Under the pieces are notes generated by a model. It made no database searches. It was not told where the DNA came from and was given only the letters and a program-made list of their open reading frames with translations. A stretch of DNA of 64,000 nt, from NCBI GenBank assembly GCA_043719475.1, contig JAYSTS010000293.1, positions 5,140 to 69,139 of the forward strand. Direction: 5' to 3'. The DNA comes from Gammaproteobacteria bacterium. Its GTDB lineage: Bacteria > Pseudomonadota > Gammaproteobacteria > Pseudomonadales > Azotimanducaceae. The position numbers and the translations under genes were made by a program. Every line of letters starts with the position of its first letter. The stretch's first letter is position 1. Shown in pieces: positions 27,936 through 39,207 of the stretch.

Positions 27936-29183
27936 GTGGAAGCCGCCATGACCGCAATTGCCGTCGATCTCCCGGACGACGTTATAAGCGCCCGCGATGG
28001 GCTCATCGCATTCGTGGACCAGGAAGTCATCCCGAGACATCGTCAGCACCAGGCGTTTTTTGACGATCCTCGCCAGCTCTATCGGGAAGACGGCCGTTTT
28101 TCCGATGACTTGCTGACTTTGATCGAGCAGGTGCGCACCGCTTCTGCGCAGGCGGGCTACTACCACATGTGTGTACCTGCGCATCTGGGCGGGGCGGGTC
28201 TTGGGCACCTGGCGTATTACGTTGCCTGGCAATCCCTCTTCCATCACTGTGGCCCAAAAAACTGGTTGATGCTCTACGCCCTCGCCCACTGGGCGTTCGG
28301 ACCTAGCCGTCTGCTGGATCAAGTGACGCCTGAAGCCCGTGCGCGTTTCATGCCGGGTTTGATGGATGGAACAAAATCCATGAGCTTCGGGCTGTCGGAG
28401 CCGAATGCGGGCTCGGACGCCAGCATGATTCGCACCCGCGCGTTGAAGGATGGCAATGGCTGGCGGATTTCTGGCCGCAAGATCTGGACCACCAACGCCC
28501 CGGTCGCCGACTACTGCGTGCTCTTTGCCATCACCGACGCAGAAAAAGCCGCGAACAAACAAGGTGGTATCAGCGCATTCATGGTTCCGACCAATGCACC
28601 GGGCTTCAAAGTCCAGAGAGTCATTCGGTTGTTCGGTCACATCGGTGGGGATGAAGCAGAGCTTGCGCTCGATGATCTTTACGTTGAACCATGGCAGCTG
28701 GTCGGCAAGGCCGGGGCAGGGTTCAGCGCTGCGCTCTATGGTGTTTCGCTTGGCAGGGTCTACAACTCGGCTCGCGCGGTTGGCTACGGTCGTTGGGCGC
28801 TGGAGCAGGCTCTCGACTATTCGAAACTGCGCGAAGCATTCGGCCAGAAGATCGCTGACTATCAAGGGGTTACATTCCCGCTCGCCGAATCCGCGACTGA
28901 GTTGCACGCTGCGCATCTGATGGGTCTGAACGTCAGCACACTGCTCGACCAGGGCCAAGCTGCGGTAAAGGAACTGAGCATGACTAAGGCTTACTCGGTG
29001 CAGGTCGGCTACCGAGCCGTTGACCGAGCCATGCAAACCCACGGCGCAATGGGCTTCACCAACGAATTGGGTCTCACCGAGGCTTGGCATGCCTTGCGTA
29101 TCGTCAACGTCGCCGATGGAACGAACGAGATCCTCAATCGCACGATTGTCCAACGACTTCTAAAAGGAGACGTCGAACTCTAG
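27936..29183 (+). CDS. acyl-CoA dehydrogenase family protein
   Basis: 415 aa. GLSEPNAGSDA, WTTNA and the C-terminal GTNEI...RTI segment are typical of ACADs. Confidence 0.9.
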   Translation: MEAAMTAIAVDLPDDVISARDGLIAFVDQEVIPRHRQHQAFFDDPRQLYREDGRFSDDLLTLIEQVRTASAQAGYYHMCVPAHLGGAGLGHLAYYVAWQSLFHHCGPKNWLMLYALAHWAFGPSRLLDQVTPEARARFMPGLMDGTKSMSFGLSEPNAGSDASMIRTRALKDGNGWRISGRKIWTTNAPVADYCVLFAITDAEKAANKQGGISAFMVPTNAPGFKVQRVIRLFGHIGGDEAELALDDLYVEPWQLVGKAGAGFSAALYGVSLGRVYNSARAVGYGRWALEQALDYSKLREAFGQKIADYQGVTFPLAESATELHAAHLMGLNVSTLLDQGQAAVKELSMTKAYSVQVGYRAVDRAMQTHGAMGFTNELGLTEAWHALRIVNVADGTNEILNRTIVQRLLKGDVEL

Positions 29184-29543
29184 CGGATCGAGACTAAGCG
29201 CCGCCTGGGCGGGTGCCAACAAGACACCGCACGGTACCGCGACTAGCTGCGTTTCAATCGCCAGCTCCTAAAAACAGTGTTGGTGTGCAAGGCACACTTG
29301 GGAAGCCAAACTCTGATCGTTCTGCTTACATTTAACGACTTTGCCATTGCTTCATTTTCCAACCTGTTTGGTGTTTGAAGCCGATTGACGCTTGAAGTCC
29401 AACGGATCAATCGACTTTCGACGTTGCAAAAGCCAGATTTCAGCTATCCAGGCAAGTTTCGGACTTGACAAGGCAACTTAATGATTTGTCGCAATATTCT
29501 TATGAGCGACAGGTCGTGGAACCTCTCGGGATCATCGGGCAAG

Positions 29544-31355
29544 ATGAACAATTCATTCTCTACTCAAGTCGCTTTGATGGATTGGCAAGCTTGGTTCGCC
29601 ATAGGTATCACCGGCAGCGTGCTCGCAGTACTCGTACTCGTGCCCCGGTTCAGCGTCGACATGGTCATGCTGGCTGCGCTCTTGATCCTGAGCCTTTCCG
29701 GGATTCTCTCCGCCCCGGAAGCCCTGGCGGGCTTCAGCAATCCCGGTCTCATCACGATTGCGGCGCTGTTTGTTGTTGCAGGCGCCATTCGTTCGTCCGG
29801 TGGTGTGGACCTGCTTGTTGATCGGCTCCTCGGTCGCCCGAAAAGTGAACGAGCTGCGCTGCTCAGAATGATGCTACCTGTTACGGCCATATCGGCGTTT
29901 CTCAACAACACGCCGGTAGTAGCGACGATGATACCGGCCGTGTTGCAGTGGGCCAGAAGAATTCGTATTTCCCCTTCGTCGCTGATGATTCCCTTGAGTT
30001 ACGCATCGATTCTCGGCGGGACCATCACACTGATCGGCACAAGCACGAACCTCGTCGTCAACAGTCAGTACGAAGTGATTACAGGAAATCCCGGCTTTTC
30101 CCTTTTTGAAATCACGCCACTTGGTCTGATCAACGCCGCGGCAGGGCTAATATTCATTCTGATTTTCGGACCGCTGCTGCTCAAACCCCGACAAAGTCCC
30201 TCACAAACGTTCGCTGACAAGCGGAGCTTTACGTTCGAAGTCGCCGTAGCCAGCGACGGCCCCCTCGTGGGCAAGACGATCCAACAAGCTGGTCTACGCA
30301 ATCTGCAAAGTATCTTTCTGGCTGAGATCGAGCGTAGCGGCGCCGTAATCACAGCCGTCGCACCAGAAGAAATCCTGCGAGGAGGTGACCGCCTGGTATT
30401 CGTTGGCGAGACGGATGCAATCGTCGATATCCTGCGAATCAATGGACTCGTACCGGCTGTTGGTCATGAACCTTCTCTCGATCGGGACGTACCGGAACGA
30501 ATGCTGATGGAAGCCGTGGTCGCCCAAAGTTGCGAAGTGATTGGCAAGACCATTCGCGACGGTCGGTTCCGTGATCGATATGGGTGCGTAGTATTGGCCG
30601 TGGCACGCAATGGCGAACACATTCGCGGTCGCTTGAGCTCCATCATTCTAGAAAAGGGCGACGTGCTGCTGCTGGAAGGCCCGCCAGCCGAGTATCCAAG
30701 ACTCAAGGACTCTCGCGACTTTCTGGTCATCAACAAACTGGACCACGAAATTCCGGATCACAGTCGGGCACTGACCGCATGGGCAGTGCTGGCTGGAATC
30801 GTGTTGTTTGCTGCCTTCGATGTGACATCGATGTTGAACGCATCACTACTCGGCGCCGGTCTGATGCTGATTCTGCGTTGTATCAGCGTCACCGATGCGC
30901 GAAAGAGCCTCGATCTACCGGTACTCATTACCGTCGCCGCCAGCTTCGCTCTCGGTAACGCACTCGAAAAAACCGGGGCCGCAGATTACCTGGGCAAGAA
31001 TCTGGTGGAATTTGCAGGAGACGATCCGTGGCTCTTGTTGCTGGTTGCCTATGTGAGCGTCATGCTCCTCACCGAATTGATCACCAATACTGCAGCAGCC
31101 ATGCTGATGTTACCGGTGGTCATCGCGATCATCGACACCGCCGGTTTGAATCACGCGCCTTACGTCATCGCGGTTATGTTGGCAGCCTCTGCCAGCTTCG
31201 CGACACCAATCGGCTATCAGTGCAACCTGATGGTCTACGGACCAGGCGGTTACAGGTTCAGTGACTTCTTCAGGATCGGTATTCCAATGAACCTGTTGTG
31301 CTGTGCGGTGACGGTTACAACAATCCCCATGTTCTGGCCGCTGACGGGCGTCTGA
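29544..31355 (+). CDS. SLC13/DASS-type permease with two central TrkA-C (RCK_C) domains
   Basis: Multi-TM halves flank two RCK_C-like segments (GPLVGKTIQQAGLR...GDRLVFVG and CEVIGKTIRDGRFR...GDVLLLEG). The start is uncertain (29481, 29544 or 29577). Confidence 0.82.
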   Translation: MNNSFSTQVALMDWQAWFAIGITGSVLAVLVLVPRFSVDMVMLAALLILSLSGILSAPEALAGFSNPGLITIAALFVVAGAIRSSGGVDLLVDRLLGRPKSERAALLRMMLPVTAISAFLNNTPVVATMIPAVLQWARRIRISPSSLMIPLSYASILGGTITLIGTSTNLVVNSQYEVITGNPGFSLFEITPLGLINAAAGLIFILIFGPLLLKPRQSPSQTFADKRSFTFEVAVASDGPLVGKTIQQAGLRNLQSIFLAEIERSGAVITAVAPEEILRGGDRLVFVGETDAIVDILRINGLVPAVGHEPSLDRDVPERMLMEAVVAQSCEVIGKTIRDGRFRDRYGCVVLAVARNGEHIRGRLSSIILEKGDVLLLEGPPAEYPRLKDSRDFLVINKLDHEIPDHSRALTAWAVLAGIVLFAAFDVTSMLNASLLGAGLMLILRCISVTDARKSLDLPVLITVAASFALGNALEKTGAADYLGKNLVEFAGDDPWLLLLVAYVSVMLLTELITNTAAAMLMLPVVIAIIDTAGLNHAPYVIAVMLAASASFATPIGYQCNLMVYGPGGYRFSDFFRIGIPMNLLCCAVTVTTIPMFWPLTGV

Positions 31356-31379
31356 TCACACACGACGTTCTATCTGCAA

Positions 31380-32180
31380 CTATTCCAATTTGCCCAGAGA
31401 AATGAAAGGTATTGAACCACCGGTCACGCTGGGCAATACGCCGTTCCACTTTTCGATCGCCAGACGCTGGGCTTCAATCTCACGCAGCTTGATCAACTCC
31501 GGCGTAATTTCCTGCTTCTGCAGCCGGAGTGACTCAGCTTCTGCCTGAGCCTGGGAAATCTTCTGTTCCGCTTCGACACGAATTCGCTGTAGGTCCCGCT
31601 CTGCCTTCAGCTTGAGCTGTTCAGCGGTGGTCTTGGCCTCAATCGCTTCATTGAATGACGGCGAGAACTGGAAGTTGGTCACCGAGAATTCATCTACCTC
31701 TACCCCGTGTTTGTTCAAACGGATCTCAAGGTAGCCCCGAATCCGGTCGCGAACGTCTGATCGCTTGGTAATCAGCTCTTCCGCCGTGTACTGCGCAGTG
31801 GCCGCCTTCACCGCTTCGTGCATAGCCGGGACGATCACGCGGTCAGCAACTTCCTCTGGACTGCCGATATCGCGAAAGGTATTCGCAACCTGATCCGGTG
31901 CCATGTGATAGTTGAGTGCCACCCGAGTATGGATGGTCTGCAGGTCTTTCGAAGCTGCTTCACCTTCACTTTCGCTTTTCTGTAGCCGGACATCGACGCT
32001 ATGGACGATGTTGACTATCGGTATGCGAAAGTGGAGGCCTTCATCGAGCACGCCATCCTGAACCTTGCCAAACGTCGTAACCACGCCGCGATGTCCCGAT
32101 GGAACTATCGTGAACGGAGTCAGAACAACAACCGCCACCACGATGACTATGGAAATAATGCCGTAGCGAATCCAGTTCAT
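31380..32180 (-). CDS. SPFH/prohibitin (band 7) family protein
   Basis: N-terminal TM helix, an SPFH core (GHRGVVTTFGKVQDGVLDEGLHFRIP) and a coiled-coil tail. Confidence 0.88.
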   Translation of the reverse strand: MNWIRYGIISIVIVVAVVVLTPFTIVPSGHRGVVTTFGKVQDGVLDEGLHFRIPIVNIVHSVDVRLQKSESEGEAASKDLQTIHTRVALNYHMAPDQVANTFRDIGSPEEVADRVIVPAMHEAVKAATAQYTAEELITKRSDVRDRIRGYLEIRLNKHGVEVDEFSVTNFQFSPSFNEAIEAKTTAEQLKLKAERDLQRIRVEAEQKISQAQAEAESLRLQKQEITPELIKLREIEAQRLAIEKWNGVLPSVTGGSIPFISLGKLE

Positions 32181-32300
32181 TTTCGAACTCCCGCTGGTCA
32201 GAGATCTTCGTCTGCTGTTTTTATATCACAACGAGGACGGGGCCACGACCGATGAAAGTCCGACCAGGCAGTGTCTGTGTTTCGTGTCGACCCCGTGTCA

Positions 32301-32648
32301 TCAACGTGCCGCGACGACGCGAATCTCGACCTTGTACGCAGGCGTCGCGAGCTTCGACTCGACGCAAGCCCGGGCTGGGGTAGCGCCTTGCGGAACCCAC
32401 GGATCCCACATCGTGTTCATGGCGGGGAAATCCTTCATGTCCGCAAGCCAGATCGTCGCAGTCAGGATTTTTGTCTTGTCACTACCCGCCTCGGCCAGGT
32501 ATTGATCGATCTTCGAGAGAATCTGGCGGGTCTGGCCTGCAGCGTCGGCAGACGGATCATCGGCGACGATGCCAGCGGTATAAACGGTGTCGCCGTGAAT
32601 GACGACCTGGGACAGACGTGGCCCCACATGCAGGCGTTGAATGGTCAT
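32301..32648 (-). CDS. RidA/YjgF family protein
   Basis: The 115-aa version from the internal Met (MTIQRLHVGPRLSQVVIHGDTVYTAGIVADD...PARACVESKLATPAYKVEI) is RidA-like. Confidence 0.82.
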   Translation of the reverse strand: MTIQRLHVGPRLSQVVIHGDTVYTAGIVADDPSADAAGQTRQILSKIDQYLAEAGSDKTKILTATIWLADMKDFPAMNTMWDPWVPQGATPARACVESKLATPAYKVEIRVVAAR

Positions 32649-32760
32649 ATTGCTCTCTATTGAATGGCGCGAGCACTTTGCCCGCAGGGGTGCAGATGAT
32701 CCGTCATCGCGCCCCTTCTGCCAACGCCGAACCGAGCCGAACCGAGCAATGTTGGTGTAT

Positions 32761-33570
32761 TCAAAGGGGGTGCGCCAACTCCTGATGGTGCCGATGTCGG
32801 GCATTCATCATTGCCCAGAGTGTCTGCGTGACTTCAGGTTCCTGCATACCGTCACCGAACCTGATCGGTCCGAGAATCTCTACGTGCGCAGGGCCTGGAG
32901 ACGCGTGCTTGCGCTCCTTTGATCGAAGCGCCCGCAGACCATCGACATAAACAGGCACGACGGGAACGTCACACTCCAGTGCCAGCCGGGCGACACCATG
33001 CTGGAAGTCACCAAGGCGATCCGAGGTGGCACGCGTGCCCTCCGGGAAGATCGCGACGTTGCAGCCTTGTTGAAGCAGCCACCGGGCAAGATCAAGTGCA
33101 TTCGAAACCTCGCCGCGAACGGTAGGGAAGTTCCCGTATACCAGAGACTGGTACCAGGGCTGCAGCTCGAGTTTGGCCTTGCCTTTGACGCACCAGCGAT
33201 CCTGGGCTGCTCCGAAATAGAGGTTTGATTTGATCTTTTCAGGCAGAGCCGTAAACAGGATCAGTGAGTCGAGATGACTCTGGTGGTTGGCAATGATGAT
33301 GCACGGGCCTTGCAAAGCATCCAGCCGCTCCCGCCCCGCAATCGTCAAGGGCCGACAGTAGCGCTCCACCCATCGGGTGTAGGCACGATAACGCATCGCT
33401 CGCCGGACTAGTTTCGCCCAAGGCGCAATCTGCCAGAGATGCGGGCCCCTGTACTGCGGACGGTACTGCGCAGGGAACTGCGGGGGGTCAAGCGCGAGAG
33501 CTGTTGATCCAGTCATGCCGACTCCAGTTGTTGTTAGTGGTTCGCCTGAATTGGGCTTTAATCGCGTCAC
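32761..33570 (-). CDS. lysophospholipid (1-acyl-sn-glycerol-3-phosphate) acyltransferase family
   Basis: HX4D motif (NHQSHLDS) and FPEGTR motif. The start is ambiguous (33570 or 33516). Confidence 0.8.
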   Translation of the reverse strand: MTRLKPNSGEPLTTTGVGMTGSTALALDPPQFPAQYRPQYRGPHLWQIAPWAKLVRRAMRYRAYTRWVERYCRPLTIAGRERLDALQGPCIIIANHQSHLDSLILFTALPEKIKSNLYFGAAQDRWCVKGKAKLELQPWYQSLVYGNFPTVRGEVSNALDLARWLLQQGCNVAIFPEGTRATSDRLGDFQHGVARLALECDVPVVPVYVDGLRALRSKERKHASPGPAHVEILGPIRFGDGMQEPEVTQTLWAMMNARHRHHQELAHPL

Positions 33571-34060
33571 AGCGGCCCGGTCGGAAAATTATGAGCAATC
33601 TTCAGGCCAGCTTTCACGCCTACGGCTATGGCTGGAATCGGCGAGTCTCTATCGAAATTGGTCCAGGAAATCGCGGTTGTTCGATCCAAGGCGCGGTCGT
33701 GGTGCATCCGCACAAAAAAGCCACGAATCATGTTCAGTACCAATAAAATTGAACGGCACCACCTTCTGCGAATAAACTTGCGCCGCTTTCGCTACAGGGC
33801 CGTGACGGCCTTGCAGTGTTTGATGAGATTCGCGGCGCTCCAGCCCTCCTCGCATCTATTCGCGGCAGAGTCTGATCCGCGACAAGTGCAAGGCAAAGGG
33901 CAGCGGAAATGCTGAGTTGTTAAATCCACATACCATCGAAGGGATTTCGTTTGACCATTACTGCTCGATTTTGGGACTTGGCTCCCCTGCTCCATACTCG
34001 TACAACTGCCAGTAATACCCTCCTGGATCACCACTCGTCGTATCGGGAAGCTCATCCGGT

Positions 34061-35374
34061 GTGCAGCCGATGAAAGAAGCACTGATTCGCAAACTGAAGT
34101 CGCGAGAAGCAATCATCGGCGTCGTCGGACTTGGCTACGTGGGACTGCCGTTGGTGCTGCGTTTTTCTGAAGTCGGCTATCGCGTTCTTGGGCTCGATAT
34201 CGATCAGCACAAAGTCGATGAACTCAGCGAGGGCCGCAGTTACATCGAACACATACCATCAACAGCAATCAACCGCGCACGCACGAATGGTTTCACGGCA
34301 ACAACAGACTTCAATCGCGCCAGCGAAGCGGATGCATTGATCATCTGTGTGCCAACACCACTGAATCAACATCGGGAACCGGACCTCAGCTTCGTCCTCA
34401 ATACCGCCGATGCTCTGCTGCCGCACATGCGCGATGGCCAGGTGGTTTCGCTGGAAAGCACCACCTATCCAGGTACGACGGATGAAGAATTGTTGCCTCG
34501 ATTGAAATCGCGCAATTTCCAGGTTGGCACTGACGTCTTCCTTGTCTATTCACCCGAACGCGAAGACCCGGGCAATCCGAATTTCTCCACTCGGACAATT
34601 CCAAAGGTTTGTGGCGGCACAACACCCGAATGTCTCGAAGTGGGAATCGCACTGTATGACCAGGTGATTGATCGCGTCATTCCGGTCAGTTCGACACGAG
34701 TGGCTGAGCTCACCAAGCTGCTGGAAAACATCCACCGGGCAGTCAATATCGGCCTCGTTAACGAGATGAAGATGGTGGCCGATCGGATGGATATCGACAT
34801 TCATGAGGTCATCCGCGCCGCAGCCACCAAACCTTTCGGCTTTGTGCCGTATTATCCCGGCCCCGGCCTGGGCGGACACTGCATTCCCATCGATCCGTTT
34901 TATCTGACCTGGAAAGCCCGGGAATACGGAATCCACACCCGGTTCATCGAACTGGCTGGAGAGGTCAACTCTTCAATGCCCGACTATGTTGTGGGCAAGG
35001 TCGCGAACGCCCTCAATGCCGCAAAACGATCCATCAACGGCAGTCGTATCCTCGTGCTCGGTATCGCCTACAAGAAAAACGTGGACGACATGCGAGAGTC
35101 ACCATCGGTCATCCTGATGGAGAAACTGCGTGATCTCGGCGCTGAAATTGCTTACAGCGATCCGCACATTCCTGTATTCCCGGTTATGCGGGAACATCAC
35201 TTTTCACTGTCCAGCGCGACGCTGACGGCAGAGTCATTGGCCAGCTACGATTGTGTACTCCTGGCTACCGATCACGACCGCTTCGACTATGCGCTGATTC
35301 GCCAGCACGCCCGCCTCATCGTGGACTCGCGAGGGCGATATCTCGAACCATCAAGCAACATCATCAAGGCCTGA
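34061..35374 (+). CDS. wbpA: UDP-N-acetyl-D-glucosamine 6-dehydrogenase
   Basis: Near-colinear resemblance to Pseudomonas WbpA as recalled ([63 protein letters not shown]). Confidence 0.92.
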   Translation: MQPMKEALIRKLKSREAIIGVVGLGYVGLPLVLRFSEVGYRVLGLDIDQHKVDELSEGRSYIEHIPSTAINRARTNGFTATTDFNRASEADALIICVPTPLNQHREPDLSFVLNTADALLPHMRDGQVVSLESTTYPGTTDEELLPRLKSRNFQVGTDVFLVYSPEREDPGNPNFSTRTIPKVCGGTTPECLEVGIALYDQVIDRVIPVSSTRVAELTKLLENIHRAVNIGLVNEMKMVADRMDIDIHEVIRAAATKPFGFVPYYPGPGLGGHCIPIDPFYLTWKAREYGIHTRFIELAGEVNSSMPDYVVGKVANALNAAKRSINGSRILVLGIAYKKNVDDMRESPSVILMEKLRDLGAEIAYSDPHIPVFPVMREHHFSLSSATLTAESLASYDCVLLATDHDRFDYALIRQHARLIVDSRGRYLEPSSNIIKA

Positions 35375-35377
35375 TTA

Positions 35378-36439
35378 ATGCGCAGTTTCCCGGCACCGAT
35401 CACCAATCGAAAAATACGCTTCGCCGTCGTGGGCTGCGGACGCATCGCGACCAACCACTTCAACGCAATCAAACAACATTCGGATCACTCCGAACTGGTA
35501 GGTGTCTGCGACGTCGACGAACATGCGCTGAAACGCGCAGTCGCGGAGACCGGAGTTCATCCCTACCCCACTTTAGACGCACTGTTGAAGGACACGGATG
35601 CTGATGTGGTAGTGCTGACCACGCCCAGCGGACTACATCCCTCGCAAGTTATCGATGTGGCGGCAGCGGGCCGCCACGCGATGACCGAAAAGCCCATGGC
35701 CACCCGCTGGCACGACGGACTACGCATGGTGAAGGCATGTGACGACGCCAGTGTGCGACTCTTTGTTGTGAAGCAGAACCGCCGCAATGCAACCCTGCAG
35801 CTCGTAAAAAAAGCCATCGACAGCGGCCGCTTCGGTCGTATTTTCATGGTCAATATCAACGTTTTCTGGACCCGCCCCCAGGACTACTACGACAGCGCTG
35901 CGTGGCGTGGCACCTGGGAGTTCGATGGTGGTGCACTGATGAATCAGGCCAGCCACTACGTGGACCTGCTTGACTGGCTGATCGGGCCAATTGAAAGCCT
36001 GCAGGCCTATACAGCCACTCTCGCTCGCAACATCGAAGTAGAAGATACCGGCGTGATCAGCGTGAAGTGGCGCTCCGGAGCGCTCGGCTCGATGAACGTG
36101 ACCATGCTCACCTTCCCAAGAAACCTGGAGGGCAGCATTACAATCCTTGGCGAAAAGGGCACGGTTCGTGTCGGTGGTATGGCCGTCAACGAAATCCAGC
36201 ACTGGGAATTTGCTGAACCCATGCCGGAAGACGAGCAGATCAAACAGGCCAACTACGCCACCACTTCGGTCTATGGCTTCGGACATCCGCTGTACTATGA
36301 CAATGTCATCAAGGTGCTGCGTGGCGAAGCAGAGCCGGAAACCGATGGCCGCGAAGGATTGAAATCGCTGGAGGTACTGATCGCTACCTACCTCTCGGCC
36401 AGGGACGGAAGACGGGTGGCGCTACCACTGGATTACTGA
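35378..36439 (+). CDS. wbpB: UDP-GlcNAcA 3-dehydrogenase (Gfo/Idh/MocA family)
   Basis: IRFAVVGCGRIATNHF Rossmann N-terminus and EKP motif (MTEKPMA), positioned between wbpA and wbpD. Confidence 0.87.
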   Translation: MRSFPAPITNRKIRFAVVGCGRIATNHFNAIKQHSDHSELVGVCDVDEHALKRAVAETGVHPYPTLDALLKDTDADVVVLTTPSGLHPSQVIDVAAAGRHAMTEKPMATRWHDGLRMVKACDDASVRLFVVKQNRRNATLQLVKKAIDSGRFGRIFMVNINVFWTRPQDYYDSAAWRGTWEFDGGALMNQASHYVDLLDWLIGPIESLQAYTATLARNIEVEDTGVISVKWRSGALGSMNVTMLTFPRNLEGSITILGEKGTVRVGGMAVNEIQHWEFAEPMPEDEQIKQANYATTSVYGFGHPLYYDNVIKVLRGEAEPETDGREGLKSLEVLIATYLSARDGRRVALPLDY

Positions 36440-36445
36440 GCAGAT

Positions 36446-37018
36446 ATGGCAATCAACCCGAAGGCAACAGTTCACGAGAGTGCAATCGTCGACGATGGTG
36501 CGTCCATCGGCGCCAACACGCGAGTGTGGCACTTCGTGCATGTCAGCAGCAAAGCACGAATCGGCGAAGGATGCTCGCTGGGACAAAACGTTTACGTCGG
36601 CAACGATGTGACGATCGGCAACAACGTTCGCATCCAGAACAATGTAGCTGTCTATGATGCAGTGCGTCTTGAAGATGATGTGTTCTGTGGCCCCAGCATG
36701 GTATTCACCAACGTTTACAATCCGCGCGCGGCGATTTCACGCAAGGATGAATATCGGGAGACTTTCGTCCGCAAAGGAGCGACGCTTGGCGCCAACTGCA
36801 CCATCGTGTGTGGCAACGAGATCGGCGCCCACGCCTTCATCGCAGCTGGCGCCGTGGTGAACAAACCAGTGCCTCCATACGCGCTGATGGCCGGTGTTCC
36901 TGCCCGTCAAAAAGGCTGGATGTGCCTGTGTGGCGTCCAGTTGAAAGGAAAGGGTGACGTCACCTGCGAGTGCGGCGCCCACTATCAAATCGACGACGAG
37001 TCCTGCACACCAAAATGA
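36446..37018 (+). CDS. wbpD: UDP-GlcNAc3NA N-acetyltransferase (left-handed beta-helix)
   Basis: 190 aa with hexapeptide repeats ([42 protein letters not shown]). Confidence 0.87.
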   Translation: MAINPKATVHESAIVDDGASIGANTRVWHFVHVSSKARIGEGCSLGQNVYVGNDVTIGNNVRIQNNVAVYDAVRLEDDVFCGPSMVFTNVYNPRAAISRKDEYRETFVRKGATLGANCTIVCGNEIGAHAFIAAGAVVNKPVPPYALMAGVPARQKGWMCLCGVQLKGKGDVTCECGAHYQIDDESCTPK

Positions 37019-38127
37019 GCAACAAGATCGAGTTCATAGACCTGAAAGCCCAGTATGCATCGCTGAAAACCAGCATTGATACGCGGATGGCCAAGGTACT
37101 CAATCACGGACAGTACATCATGGGGCCGGAAGTTCGGGAGCTGGAGCAGGCCCTGGAAAGTCGAACGGGATCTACACACTGCATCACCGTGGCCTCTGGA
37201 ACTGAAGCGCTCCTGATCGCACTGATGGCGATTGGTGTTAAAGCCGGCGATGAAGTCATCACCACGCCGTTCACGTTTGTAGCCACTGCAGAGGTGATTG
37301 CGCTACTGGGTGCCTTACCAGTCTTTGTTGATGTAGAGCCAGACACCTGCAACATCGACGCTCAGAAAATCGAAGCAGCGATCAGCCTACGCACTCGCGC
37401 CATCATCCCCGTATCGCTGTACGGCCAGACTGCGAACATGGATGAAATCAATGCCGTTGCAGCCAGACATCCAAATGTCATCGTGATCGAAGACGCAGCC
37501 CAGAGTTTCGGCGCCACTTACAAGGGCCGTCAGAGCTGCAATCTCTCGACGATAGGATGCACCAGCTTTTTTCCGAGCAAACCGCTTGGCTGCTATGGTG
37601 ATGGTGGTGCCATTTTCACGAGCGATGATGGTCTCGCCAAGGCGATGCGCGAAATTCGGGTGCATGGTCAGGAAAAGCGCTACTACCACACGCGTATCGG
37701 TGTTGGTGGTCGTATGGATACCCTCCAATGTGCCGTAGTCCTGGCAAAACTTGAACAATTCGATTGGGAAATCGAACAGCGACTGGCCGCCGGGGAGCGC
37801 TATCGAAATCTGTTTGCAGGGTGCAATGGTGTGCAGCTGCTCGCAGTGCGTCCGGACCGAACCTGTGTCTGGGGACAGTACACGGTTCAGGTAGACCATC
37901 GAGAGGTTGTATTGAAGTCATTGGCGGATAGCGGTGTTCCAACGGCTGTTCATTATCCAGTACCGCTGCATCGTCAGCCGGCCTACGAAAATTCATGTCG
38001 TATTTCCGCAAGAGTTGTTCACTCTGATCATGTTGCCGGAAGAGTCTTCAGTCTGCCGATGCATCCTTACCTTGATTTGGCCACCCAGGAGCGCATCGCC
38101 AGCGCGGTGATACGCGCCGTCGCGTGA
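37015..38127 (+). CDS. wbpE: UDP-3-keto-GlcNAcA aminotransferase (DegT/DnrJ/EryC1 family)
   Basis: [10 protein letters not shown], and [15 protein letters not shown] containing the PLP lysine. ATGA overlap with wbpD. The start was trimmed from 36970 to 37015. Confidence 0.9.
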   Translation: MSNKIEFIDLKAQYASLKTSIDTRMAKVLNHGQYIMGPEVRELEQALESRTGSTHCITVASGTEALLIALMAIGVKAGDEVITTPFTFVATAEVIALLGALPVFVDVEPDTCNIDAQKIEAAISLRTRAIIPVSLYGQTANMDEINAVAARHPNVIVIEDAAQSFGATYKGRQSCNLSTIGCTSFFPSKPLGCYGDGGAIFTSDDGLAKAMREIRVHGQEKRYYHTRIGVGGRMDTLQCAVVLAKLEQFDWEIEQRLAAGERYRNLFAGCNGVQLLAVRPDRTCVWGQYTVQVDHREVVLKSLADSGVPTAVHYPVPLHRQPAYENSCRISARVVHSDHVAGRVFSLPMHPYLDLATQERIASAVIRAVA

Positions 38128-39206
38128 AGATCGTTACCGTCGTTGGCGCGAGACCGCAGTTCATTAAGGCCACCGCTGTTTCGCACCGGATTCGAGAACG
38201 ATACAACGATCGGGTGGAAGAAGTTCTGCTGCATACCGGTCAGCACTTCGACTACAACATGTCAGCGGTCTTCTTCGATGAACTGGAACTTCCGGAACCC
38301 AAGTACAACCTGGGCATTTCAGGTGGATCCCACAGCGTGATGACCGGACGCATGATGGCCGGAATCGAGGAGGTTCTGATCGCTGAACGTCCTGATCGAC
38401 TCCTGGTCTACGGCGACACCAACTCAACCCTAGCGGCGTCTCTTGCCGCCGTAAAATTGGGGGTTCCAGTTGCCCACGTGGAAGCAGGTGTTCGCTCTTT
38501 CAGGCTTGATATGCCCGAAGAGGTGAATCGCCTTGTTACCGACCGGGTTTCGTCCCTCCTCTTCTGCCCAACCACCACGGCGGTCGACAATCTCAAGCGC
38601 GAAGGCATCTTTCGAGGTGTGCACAAAGTAGGTGATGTTACGTTCGATCTACTCACCCGTTTTGTCGAGCCGGCTCGACGAGCCAGCACCATCCTGGAGC
38701 GGCTGCAACTCGAACACGGCAGATTTGCCTTGGCGACATGCCATCGTGCGGAGAACACGGATAATCCTGACCGCTTCTTTTGCATCCTTGAGGCACTGGC
38801 GCAGATAGCCGTAGAGATTCCTGTGATTCTGCCGCTCCACCCACGCGCCAGGAAAATTGCAGCGCAACTCGACCACCGTCGACAATATCAAGGGCTTCAT
38901 TTCGTCGACCCGCAACCATTCCTCGATATGATCACCCTGGAGCAGTCAGCGCGCGTCATTCTCACCGACTCCGGTGGTATTCAAAAGGAAGCGTTCTTTT
39001 TCAACGTGCCGTGCATAACCCTGCGAGACGAAACAGAGTGGGTTGAAACCATCTCGCTTGGTGCCAACGTACTCGTTGGTTCCTCACGGGAAAAAATCCT
39101 GTCGGCGTTTGCCGACGCGATGCAATGGAAGCCAGTCGCGAACCGGGATCAACCGTTTGGAAATGGACACGCGAGCGACGCCATAATCGAAATACTGGCC
39201 GGTTGA
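38124..39206 (+). CDS. wbpI: UDP-GlcNAc3NAcA 2-epimerase (non-hydrolysing 2-epimerase family)
   Basis: [30 protein letters not shown] and TDSGGIQKEA motifs. GTGA overlap with wbpE. Confidence 0.9.
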   Translation: MKIVTVVGARPQFIKATAVSHRIRERYNDRVEEVLLHTGQHFDYNMSAVFFDELELPEPKYNLGISGGSHSVMTGRMMAGIEEVLIAERPDRLLVYGDTNSTLAASLAAVKLGVPVAHVEAGVRSFRLDMPEEVNRLVTDRVSSLLFCPTTTAVDNLKREGIFRGVHKVGDVTFDLLTRFVEPARRASTILERLQLEHGRFALATCHRAENTDNPDRFFCILEALAQIAVEIPVILPLHPRARKIAAQLDHRRQYQGLHFVDPQPFLDMITLEQSARVILTDSGGIQKEAFFFNVPCITLRDETEWVETISLGANVLVGSSREKILSAFADAMQWKPVANRDQPFGNGHASDAIIEILAG

Positions 39207-39207
39207 A

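Noticed and set aside
27924-29153. 409-aa minus-strand ORF covering the acyl-CoA dehydrogenase gene.
   Set aside because: It is antisense to a clear ACAD with canonical motifs. The product is R/A/G-rich with no recognisable domain, a typical GC-rich shadow ORF.
33571-34060. I looked for a JUMPstart/ops element (GGCGGTAG) in the 490-bp region upstream of wbpA.
   Set aside because: I could find no exact or near match by eye, so no antitermination element is claimed.
36970-37014. 15-codon upstream extension of wbpE.
   Set aside because: It overlaps the wbpD 3' end. DegT-family similarity starts at [11 protein letters not shown] (ATG 37015), which forms an ATGA overlap with the wbpD stop.
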